Below are positions 7,766 through 14,685 of a stretch of 24,000 nt of DNA, one piece after another. Position 1 is the first letter of the stretch, and each line of letters opens with the position of its first letter. The translations under genes and the position numbers were made by a program. The notes beneath the pieces were generated by a model that saw only the letters and a program-made list of their open reading frames with translations, searched no databases and was not told the DNA's origin. The DNA is from an uncultured Actinomycetota bacterium. GTDB taxonomy: Bacteria > Actinomycetota > Actinomycetes > Mycobacteriales > Jatrophihabitantaceae. The stretch is taken from contig CAVZHT010000001.1 of assembly GCA_963775175.1 (NCBI GenBank), positions 2,434,940 through 2,458,939 of the forward strand. The letters are read 5' to 3'.

Positions 7766-8998
7766 ATGGCGGACACGCGGCGGGGGCGCCGGCTCGTCTC
7801 GATGCTGACCGGCCTGCTCGCGGCCGTCCTGCTCGTCGCCGGCTGCAGGTCGTCATCGCGGCCCACATCGAACCGGGCGCCCTCGACGCCGCGGACGACC
7901 GCGTCCACGTCGTCGCGCCCGGCCGCGGCGCTGCCCTCGGCGCGCCCGGTGGCGGTCGCGCCACTACGCCGCGGCGAACGGTGGGTGAGCCTGCCGATGC
8001 CGGGTGGCAGCTACCGGCCGCAGGCCCCGGCCGGCGGCACGGACGACTACCGCTGCATCCTGCTCGACCCGAAGCTGACCACCGATGCGTTCCTGTCCGG
8101 CGTGGTGCTGCGCCCCGGCAACCCGAAGCTCGTCCACCACGCGATCCTGTACCGCGTCGACCCGGCCCAGGTGGCGGCGGCGCGGGCGAAGGACGCCGCC
8201 GACCCCCGGCTCGGCTGGTCGTGCTTCGGCGGCCCGGAGCTGCCGAGCACCGGCGGGGTACTCGGTGGCCTCGACTCGGCGCCGTGGGTGGCGGCCTGGG
8301 CGACCACCGGCGGCGAGCAGCACTTCGCCGCCGGCACCGGGCAGCGGCTGGCCGCCGGCAGCCGGGTGATCCTGCAGATGCACTACAACCTGCTCAACGG
8401 CGGCGGCACCGACAGCACGTCGGTCGCGTTGCGGGTTGCCCGCACCGGTGTCGGGCTGAAGCCGCTGCAGACGCTGCTGCTCCCGGCGCCGGTCGAGCTG
8501 CCCTGCCCGGCCAGCCAGCACGGCCCGCTCTGCGACCGGACGGCCGCCGTCCTGGACGTCGAGCGGCGGTTCGGGGTCGACGCCGGCGCGACGATCGGCG
8601 GCCTGCAACTGCTCTGCGGCGGCTCGCTGACCCATCCGCGGGCCGGGGTCACGCAGTCGTGCCGCCGGCCGGTGCCCGGTCGGATGGTCATCCGGGCGGT
8701 GGCCGGGCACATGCACCTGCTCGGGCGCAGCATCCGGATCGACCTGCTGCGGGCCGACGGCACCGATCGCCGGCTGCTCACCGTCCCCGTTTGGGACTTC
8801 GACGACCAGCGGGCGACCGTGCTCGCGAAGCCGGTCACCGCCCGGCCCGGAGACGCGCTGCGGGTCACCTGCACGCACGACGCCACGCTGCGCGAGAAGC
8901 TGCCGGAACTGCGCAAGCTGGCGCCCCGTTACGTCGTGTGGGGTGAGGGCTCGTCGGACGAGATGTGCCTCGGGATCGTCACCTACACGCTGACCTGA
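7766..8998 (+). CDS. Copper type-II monooxygenase (PHM/DBH-like) lipoprotein
   Basis: ATG 7766 is in frame with the tracked ORF 7394..8998. The signal peptide has the lipobox 'LLVAGC' (Cys codon 7844-7846). All ligands of the two Cu sites are present: CuH 'LVHHAILY' (8135-8140) plus 'LQMHYN', and CuM 'GHMHLLG' (8708-8716) plus 'SSDEMCLG' (Met 8963-8965). Confidence 0.8.
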   Translation: MADTRRGRRLVSMLTGLLAAVLLVAGCRSSSRPTSNRAPSTPRTTASTSSRPAAALPSARPVAVAPLRRGERWVSLPMPGGSYRPQAPAGGTDDYRCILLDPKLTTDAFLSGVVLRPGNPKLVHHAILYRVDPAQVAAARAKDAADPRLGWSCFGGPELPSTGGVLGGLDSAPWVAAWATTGGEQHFAAGTGQRLAAGSRVILQMHYNLLNGGGTDSTSVALRVARTGVGLKPLQTLLLPAPVELPCPASQHGPLCDRTAAVLDVERRFGVDAGATIGGLQLLCGGSLTHPRAGVTQSCRRPVPGRMVIRAVAGHMHLLGRSIRIDLLRADGTDRRLLTVPVWDFDDQRATVLAKPVTARPGDALRVTCTHDATLREKLPELRKLAPRYVVWGEGSSDEMCLGIVTYTLT

Positions 8999-9019
8999 GT
9001 GCCGCGCGAACTTGAGAGC

Positions 9020-9039
9020 TGGGGCACAGGCTCGCCCCA
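9020..9039 (+). terminator. Possible stem-loop after the monooxygenase gene
   Basis: TGGGGC (9020-9025) pairs with GCCCCA (9034-9039) across an 8-nt loop, followed by 'tacggtcggttt'. The U-tract is weak, so this may only be a processing or attenuation structure. Confidence 0.25.
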
Positions 9040-9078
9040 TACGGTCGGTTTGACGATCACGCGGGCAAGGAGCAGTGC

Positions 9079-10170
9079 ATGGCGAACTCGACGCGCCGAC
9101 CGCCGACGAAGCGAGCGCCGGCCCGGCCGTCCGCGCCGCCCGCCCCCGAGCGGCGCCCCGTCCCGCCCGCGCTCGCCGCGCTGCAGCGGGACCCGCGCTG
9201 GATCCTGCTGCCGCTGCGGGCCTACCTCGGGTTCACGTTCCTCTACGCCGGGTTGTCCAAGGTCGGTGGCCACAGCTTCCTGGACGCCTCGTCGCCCACG
9301 TCGATGCACGCCACGCTGGTGGCGGTGCGCGGGCAGAGCCCGATCGGCGGGCTGCTCGGCCCGGTCGAGCAGCACTCGTACGCGTTCGGTCTGCTCATGG
9401 CCCTCGGCGAGCTGGCCGTCGGCATCGGCACCGCGCTCGGACTGTTCGCCCGGGTCGCGGCCACCGGCGGAGCCCTGATCTCGCTATCGCTCTTCCTGAC
9501 GGTGAGCTGGAACGCGACGCCGTGGTACACCGGCGCCGACATCGTCTACCTCTTCGCGTTCACGCCGATCCTGCTCGGCGGCGCCGGCCCGGTCTCGGCC
9601 GACGGCTGGCTGGCCCAGCAGCGGGCGCGCAGCACCGGCCGTGACGCGGTTGCCGAGGACCGCACCCGCCGGGCCGTCCTCGGCGGCATCGCCGGCATCG
9701 CCGGCCTGCTGGCCTTCGCGGTGGCCAGCCTGGTGCGCAAGGGAACGGGCGGGAGCCCGAGCGTCCAGGCCGGCGGCAACCAGACGGGCAGCGGGCCGAC
9801 CGGCGGGGCGCCGGCCGCGAGCGCGCCCGCCCCGAGCGGGTCGACGACCCCGGCGCGCGCGGCCACCGGCGGCAAGCCGATCATCGCCGCCGCCGCCGTC
9901 CCGGTCGGCGGCGCGGCCCCGGCCACGGATCCCAAGAACGGCGACCAGATCTTCGTCCTGCAGCTGAACGCCGGCGAGTTCACCGCGCTGGACAGCGCCT
10001 GCCCGCACCAGGGCTGCCCGGTCAGCTTCATCTCGAAGTCGCAGGGCTTCGTCTGCCCCTGCCACGGCTCGACCTTCGACGCCACCGGCGCGGTGACCCA
10101 GGGCCCGGCCGCGACCGGGCTGGCCAAGATCCCGGTCGCGAAGTCGGGCAGCGAGATCGTCCGGAAGTGA
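9079..10170 (+). CDS. DoxX-family membrane domain fused to a C-terminal Rieske [2Fe-2S] domain
   Basis: AAGGAG lies 6 nt before ATG 9079. The N-terminal 'LLPLRAYLGFTFLYAGLSK' plus four hydrophobic helices is DoxX-like. An internal twin-arginine-like anchor 'RTRRAVLGGIAGIAGLLAFAVA' (about 9661-9726) follows, then a Gly/Pro/Ala/Ser linker. The Rieske motifs 'CPHQGC' and 'CPCHGS' come at the C-terminus. Confidence 0.85.
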   Translation: MANSTRRPPTKRAPARPSAPPAPERRPVPPALAALQRDPRWILLPLRAYLGFTFLYAGLSKVGGHSFLDASSPTSMHATLVAVRGQSPIGGLLGPVEQHSYAFGLLMALGELAVGIGTALGLFARVAATGGALISLSLFLTVSWNATPWYTGADIVYLFAFTPILLGGAGPVSADGWLAQQRARSTGRDAVAEDRTRRAVLGGIAGIAGLLAFAVASLVRKGTGGSPSVQAGGNQTGSGPTGGAPAASAPAPSGSTTPARAATGGKPIIAAAAVPVGGAAPATDPKNGDQIFVLQLNAGEFTALDSACPHQGCPVSFISKSQGFVCPCHGSTFDATGAVTQGPAATGLAKIPVAKSGSEIVRK

Positions 10171-10230
10171 GGACCGCGCGGCGGCCTGCGTGACGTGCAC
10201 GCGTCATAGCCAGTTCCGCACCTGCCCTCC

Positions 10231-10248
10231 GGGCTGCGGGCGGGTGGG
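10231..10248 (+). other. Canonical G-quadruplex motif (G3-N4-G3-N1-G3-N1-G3)
   Basis: The literal sequence is GGGCTGCGGGCGGGTGGG. Confidence 0.6.
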
Positions 10249-10274
10249 TCAGGCCCGCCGGATGACCGCTCGCC

Positions 10275-10291
10275 GGGGGGGGGGGGGGGGG
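10275..10291 (+). repeat. Homopolymeric G17 tract in an intergenic spacer
   Basis: I counted 17 consecutive G directly in the sequence. Further G runs are G7 at 10362-10368 and G6 at 10406-10411. Confidence 0.95.
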
Positions 10292-10415
10292 CACCCTGCC
10301 GGTCGGGCCGCGAGCGCCGGCCGGCCGGGCCGACCCGCGACGGCGCAGGTCGTTCGCCCCTGGGGGGGTGGCTGGTCCGGGTCTAGGTTCGCTGCTTACG
10401 CCGAAGGGGGGACCG

Positions 10416-10547
10416 ATGTCTCGTGTCCTGACTCGCAACATCGTCGTCCGCAACATCGTGGTCAGGGTCCTGGTCGCGGCCGGGGCCGCTTGGGTGCTCG
10501 GCTCGGCCGTCGGTGCCGCGACGATCGGGACCGGCGCCCGCCACTGA
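10416..10547 (+). CDS. Small hydrophobic protein/peptide (43 aa), not in the supplied ORF track
   Basis: GAAGGGGGGA lies 4 nt before ATG 10416. The translation is 'MSRVLTRNIVVRNIVVRVLVAAGAAWVLGSAVGAATIGTGARH*'. About 39 of 43 codons end in G/C, the coding-type bias seen in neighbouring genes. It has a basic N-terminus followed by one hydrophobic segment. GC-rich hairpins and a T-rich run follow the stop. Confidence 0.5.
   Translation: MSRVLTRNIVVRNIVVRVLVAAGAAWVLGSAVGAATIGTGARH
10434..10463 (+). repeat. 15-nt tandem duplication inside the small ORF (encodes RNIVV-RNIVV)
   Basis: cgcaacatcgtcgtc is followed directly by cgcaacatcgtggtc, 14/15 identical and in frame. Confidence 0.9.
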
Positions 10548-10550
10548 GAG

Positions 10551-10619
10551 TGGCCGCCATTAGCGCCACGTGACCGTGGCGGCCGGACCGGCCGGCCGGC
10601 GCGCCGGATTGTCATTTTC
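10551..10619 (+). terminator. Candidate intrinsic terminator region after the small ORF
   Basis: There are alternative stems: GGCCGCCA (10552-10559) with TGGCGGCC (10577-10584), or CGCCACG (10564-10570) with CGTGGCG (10575-10581) across a tgac loop. The palindrome CCGGCGCGCCGG (10596-10607) follows, then 'attgtcatttt'. Confidence 0.35.
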
Positions 10620-10786
10620 GCGGGCCGTTCGTCCCTGGGTCGGTCTCCGCCGCGGGGCTAACTTCGCCCGTGACGCAGCCGGCCGGACGCGTCGATCGGG
10701 GGCCCGCCTGCCCCCGGAGTGACGCGGGCCGCGGTCGCGCCGCCGGCACGGTCCCGCGCCGGATCCGCGTCCTGGAGGGAGATCAC

Positions 10787-12076
10787 GTGTCCCGTCCCCG
10801 CCGTCGCAAGATCCTCGTTCTGGGCCTCGCGGCCGCCGCGATCGCGTGGCTGGTCGGCTCTGGGGCCGGAGCCGCGTCCGCCTCCGCGCACCCCCATCGC
10901 AGCCATACGCTCGTCGTCGCGGCCGGGGCGAGCACCACCAGCCACACCGCCGACCGCGGAAACCGCCACTCCTGCCGGCACGCCGGCTTCACCACCATCG
11001 GTGCCGCAGTGGCCGCGGCGTCGCCCGGCGACACCGTGCTGGTCTGTCCGGGCACCTACGCCGAGGACGTGCTCGTCGGCAAGAGCCTGCACCTCGTCGG
11101 CCGGCACGCGACGATCGACGCGACCGGGCGGGAGAACGCCCTGCAGATCGTCACGTCGTGGGTCTCGGTCAGCGGCTTCCGCCTCGCCAACGCGAACGGG
11201 GAGGGGCTGCTCGTCGGCGTCGACACCCTCGGCGACGCCGGGCTGCTGACCTCGCAGGTCCTCACCCACGTGCGGGTCGACCACGTTGCGGCCGTCGACA
11301 ACAACAAGGGCTTCAACGGCACCGAGAACAGCAACTGCAAGTACCCGGGCGACTGCGGCGGCGGCATCCACCTGCAGGTCACCAAGTGGTCGTCGGTGCG
11401 TGACTCGGTCGTGGTCGGCAACTCCGACGGCATCCTGGTGACCGACGACTACGGGCCGGCCTCGCACAACCTGGTCGAAGGCAACTACGTCAGCGACAAC
11501 ACGACCGAGTGCGGCATCGTCCTGCCGTCCCACAACCCCGGTGCGGTCACCTTCGACCCGCAGACCTTCGCGGTGACCGGGCGCAACCCGGACGTCGGCG
11601 GCGTCTTCGACAACGTCGTCAAGCACAACATCACGGTGCGCAACGGCACCGCGAAGGCCCCGCCCGAGTTCGGCGGCGGCGGCAGCGGCTCCGGCATCGG
11701 GATCTTCGGGTCGGGTCCGGGCACCGGCGCCTACGACAACGTGGTCGAGGACAACTACGCCGCAGGCAACGGCCTGGCCGGGTTCACCATCCACGCGCAC
11801 CTGCCCGGCGGCGAGGACGTCAACGGCAACCGGATCGTCGGCAACCTGTTCGGCACCAACAACACCGGCGGGGACGGCTACGACGGGCCGCCGGGGCCGA
11901 TCGACTTCCAGACGACCGGCATCGCCGTGTACTCGGCGCCGACGGTCCGGATGACCATCGAACACAACCGCATCTTCGACAACGAGATCGGGATCTGGTT
12001 GAGCAACACCGTCACCGCGCACGGGCTGAACCACAACCGGTTCTTCCACGTGACGACCCGGGTCGTTCGCGGCTGA
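10787..12076 (+). CDS. Secreted right-handed parallel beta-helix repeat protein (pectin-lyase-fold/NosD-like)
   Basis: GGAGGGA lies 6 nt before GTG 10787, in frame with the tracked ORF 10670..12076. The signal peptide is 'RRRKILVLGLAAAAIAWLVGSGAGAASASA'. Repeated 'N..(V/I).(G/D)N' beta-helix rungs are visible ('VVGNSDGILV', 'VEGNYVSDN', 'VVKHNITVRNG', 'VEDNYAAGNG', 'IVGNLFGTNN', 'IEHNRIFDNEIGIW'). Confidence 0.8.
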   Translation: MSRPRRRKILVLGLAAAAIAWLVGSGAGAASASAHPHRSHTLVVAAGASTTSHTADRGNRHSCRHAGFTTIGAAVAAASPGDTVLVCPGTYAEDVLVGKSLHLVGRHATIDATGRENALQIVTSWVSVSGFRLANANGEGLLVGVDTLGDAGLLTSQVLTHVRVDHVAAVDNNKGFNGTENSNCKYPGDCGGGIHLQVTKWSSVRDSVVVGNSDGILVTDDYGPASHNLVEGNYVSDNTTECGIVLPSHNPGAVTFDPQTFAVTGRNPDVGGVFDNVVKHNITVRNGTAKAPPEFGGGGSGSGIGIFGSGPGTGAYDNVVEDNYAAGNGLAGFTIHAHLPGGEDVNGNRIVGNLFGTNNTGGDGYDGPPGPIDFQTTGIAVYSAPTVRMTIEHNRIFDNEIGIWLSNTVTAHGLNHNRFFHVTTRVVRG

Positions 12077-12110
12077 CCGAGTGCCGCCGCGCTTCGCTAC
12101 CGTGGGGGTA

Positions 12111-12995
12111 ATGCGAGCGCGGAGACGGACCGGCGGCCGGCCGGGGGACGCCGGCCGCCGGTCCATCGGCACCTTCGTCGCCGTCGACGTGCCCGGGTTC
12201 CGCGGTCGCGTGCACGTGCGCGAGGACGGCCCGACGACCGCGCCGCCGCTGGTGATGCTGCACGGCTTCAGCGGCTCGCTGCACTGGTTCGACCGGGTCG
12301 TGCCGCTGCTCGCCGACCGGTTCCGGCTCGTCCGCATTGACCTGCTCGCGCACGGGTCGACCGGGGGCCCGGCCCTCGACGCGCCCGGCCAGGCCCGCGC
12401 CGTCGACGCCGTGCTCGCCGAGCTCGACGTCCGCGGCGCCACCGCGGTCGGCCACTCGTTCGGGGCCGATGTCGCGGTCGAGCTGGCCGAGCGGTCGGCC
12501 CGGATCGCGCGGCTCGTGATCGTGACCCAGGCGCCCGACTACTCGGACGCGACGCTGCCGCGCGGCAGCGTCCTGATGACCGTGCCCGTGCTCGGGCCGA
12601 TCCTCGGGGGCGTGCTCCAGCTGCTCGCCGCGACCCTCGGCGCCCTGGTCGTGCGGCGCCGCGCCGCCGCCCCCGGCGGCGAGCTCGCCGTGCAGGGGCT
12701 GCACGACTTCCGCGCCCTCGACCTCGCCATGTTCCGGGTCGTGCTGGTCGACCGGCGCGACCGCATGCAGGCCCGCCCGCTCGACGCGCAGGTCCGCGAC
12801 ACCGCGAAACCGACACTCGTCATCCTCGGCGAGCGGGACCACTTCTACGGCGCCCGCTCGGCGGCGCGCTACCGGGACGCCGGGGCCGAGGTGCGGGTGC
12901 TCGAGGACTCCGGGCACTCGCCGCTCGTCGAACTGCCCGGGCCGGCCGCCGGCCTGATCGGCGAGTTCGCCTGCGGCGCGCTGTCCGATTCGTGA
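12111..12995 (+). CDS. Alpha/beta-fold hydrolase
   Basis: It has the oxyanion-region 'LVMLHGFSGS', the nucleophile elbow 'GHSFG' and the C-terminal catalytic His context 'DSGHSPLVE'. I chose ATG 12111; the tracked ORF starts at GTG 12081. Confidence 0.8.
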   Translation: MRARRRTGGRPGDAGRRSIGTFVAVDVPGFRGRVHVREDGPTTAPPLVMLHGFSGSLHWFDRVVPLLADRFRLVRIDLLAHGSTGGPALDAPGQARAVDAVLAELDVRGATAVGHSFGADVAVELAERSARIARLVIVTQAPDYSDATLPRGSVLMTVPVLGPILGGVLQLLAATLGALVVRRRAAAPGGELAVQGLHDFRALDLAMFRVVLVDRRDRMQARPLDAQVRDTAKPTLVILGERDHFYGARSAARYRDAGAEVRVLEDSGHSPLVELPGPAAGLIGEFACGALSDS

Positions 12996-13038
12996 CGGCT
13001 GAGAGCAAACGCAGAGACCCGGATGCCAACCTGACGTC

Positions 13039-13689
13039 ATGTCGCATGACGTGCTGGAGTCGGAGACCCGGTCGACCGATGGCCAGGCCGGGGTCGAGGC
13101 CAACTCGCGGCTGACCGCCACCACCGGCACCCTGCTCACCCTGCTGCTGCTGGTCGAGGGCTTCACCGTGCTCGACGTGCGTGGGTACATCACGCTGCAC
13201 ACCGCGGTCGGGCTCGTCCTCATCGGGCCGGTCGTGCTCAAGACGATGAGCACCATGTACCGCTTCTTCCGTTACTACACCGGTCGGGCGGCCTACGTGG
13301 AAAAGGGCCCGCCGAACGTCGTCCTCCGGCTGATCGGGCCGCTCGTCGTGCTCAGCAGCCTCGCCGTCCTCGGCACCGGCGTCGCCCTGCTCGCACTGCA
13401 CGGAAAGAGCGACACCTGGCTCACGCTGCACCAGGGCAGCTTCGTCGTCTGGATCGCGGTGATGACGCTGCACTTCCTCGGCCACCTGCGGGAGGCGGCC
13501 CTCGGGACGGCGCAGGAGCTGCAGCGCGCGAGCGGCGACCCGGCCCGTCGAGGCAAGGCCGTCCGGTGGATGGTCGTCGCCGTGTCGCTGGTCGTCGGCG
13601 TCGGCGTCGCCGCGGCCTTCACCCCTAGCGCGTCCTCCTGGCATCTGCACCACGACGGCGACCACGGGCGGGCCGGCCAGCGCCACTGA
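13039..13689 (+). CDS. Integral membrane protein of unknown function (about 4 TM helices, conserved His in helices, His-rich tail)
   Basis: Tracked ORF with high GC3. Hydrophobic helices include 'LLTLLLLVEGFTVL', 'HTAVGLVLIGPVVL', 'LIGPLVVLSSLAVLGTGVALLAL' and 'FVVWIAVMTLHFLGHL'. I recognise no family. Confidence 0.7.
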   Translation: MSHDVLESETRSTDGQAGVEANSRLTATTGTLLTLLLLVEGFTVLDVRGYITLHTAVGLVLIGPVVLKTMSTMYRFFRYYTGRAAYVEKGPPNVVLRLIGPLVVLSSLAVLGTGVALLALHGKSDTWLTLHQGSFVVWIAVMTLHFLGHLREAALGTAQELQRASGDPARRGKAVRWMVVAVSLVVGVGVAAAFTPSASSWHLHHDGDHGRAGQRH

Positions 13690-13744
13690 CCCGCCACGGG
13701 GACGGGTCGTCCCGATCGCCCCCCTGAAGGGCGAAGATGGAGCG

Positions 13745-14644
13745 GTGAACCTGGATCCCGAAGAGCTGTTCGACCTCGACGCCGACCGCCCTGACCTCGC
13801 CGGTGTGGTGCTGGTGCACATCCTCGACGGCTTCGTCGACGCCGGCGCGGCGGTGCAACTCGCCCGCAGGTCGTTGCTCGCCGGCGACGCGTCGGTGGTG
13901 GCCCGCTTCGACATCGACCAGCTCCACGATTACCGCGCGCGACGCCCGATCATGCACTTCGACGTCGACCACTGGACCGACTACGACAGCCCGGAACTGG
14001 CGCTGTACCTGCTGCACGACACGGAGGACACGCCCTACCTGGTGCTCACCGGGCCGGAACCGGACAGCCAGTGGGAGCGGTATGCGGCCGCGGTCTCGTT
14101 GCTCGTCGAGCGGCTCGGGGTGCGGATGGTCATCGGGCTGGACGCGTTCCCGATGTCCGTGCCACACACGCGGCCGACCCCGATCATCCTGCACGGTTCC
14201 CGGCGCGAGCTCTTCGCCGATTACCGGGCCTGGCTCGGCCAGATCATGGTGCCGGCGAGCGCCGGCCACCTCGTCGAGTACCGCCTCGGTGCGGCCGGCA
14301 CGGACACCCTCGGGATCGCCGCGCCGGTGCCGCCCTACCTGGCCCAGGCCGAGTACCCGGCGGCCGCGCTCGCCCTGCTGCGCGAACTCGGCGCGCGCGC
14401 CGGACTTCGCTTCGACACGACCGCTCTCGAGCAGGCCGAACGCCTGAACCGCGAGGTGATAGAGCGGCAGATCGCCGGGTCGGCGGAGCTGCAGACGCTC
14501 GTTGCCGCCATCGAGCAGCAGTACGACGCGGCCGCCGCCGCAGCCCAGACCGCGCTCGCCGAAGGGGACTTGCCGTCGGCCGATGAGCTGGGGGCCGAGC
14601 TGGAACGCTTCCTCGCCAACGAGTCGCGTGGCGAGCAGGGGTAG
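13745..14644 (+). CDS. PAC2 (proteasome assembly chaperone 2-like) family protein
   Basis: GGAG precedes GTG 13745. The translation 'VLVHILDGFVDAGAA...YLVLTGPEPDSQWERY...GLDAFPMSVPHTRP' matches the actinobacterial PAC2-family pattern. Confidence 0.8.
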   Translation: MNLDPEELFDLDADRPDLAGVVLVHILDGFVDAGAAVQLARRSLLAGDASVVARFDIDQLHDYRARRPIMHFDVDHWTDYDSPELALYLLHDTEDTPYLVLTGPEPDSQWERYAAAVSLLVERLGVRMVIGLDAFPMSVPHTRPTPIILHGSRRELFADYRAWLGQIMVPASAGHLVEYRLGAAGTDTLGIAAPVPPYLAQAEYPAAALALLRELGARAGLRFDTTALEQAERLNREVIERQIAGSAELQTLVAAIEQQYDAAAAAAQTALAEGDLPSADELGAELERFLANESRGEQG

Positions 14645-14685
14645 CGGCGTCGAAATACGACGAGTGGCCACCGGGTTGTGGCGGT

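Noticed and set aside
10275-10411. Minus-strand C-runs (C17, C7, C6) as a 6C-type actinobacterial small RNA
   Set aside because: 6C RNAs carry short C-rich loops on two defined hairpins. I could not draw convincing stems that present these runs as loops, and a C17 run is far outside that pattern. The + strand SD/ORF reading fits better. A covariance-model scan would be needed to settle it.
10028-10615. ORFs crossing the G-tract spacer (minus 10028..10615, 195 aa; plus 10190..10573, 127 aa)
   Set aside because: Both read through the G17 tract, giving poly-Pro or poly-Gly. Both are Arg/Pro/Gly low-complexity. One overlaps the Rieske gene antisense. Neither has an SD. The 43-codon ORF at 10416 explains the local coding signal better.
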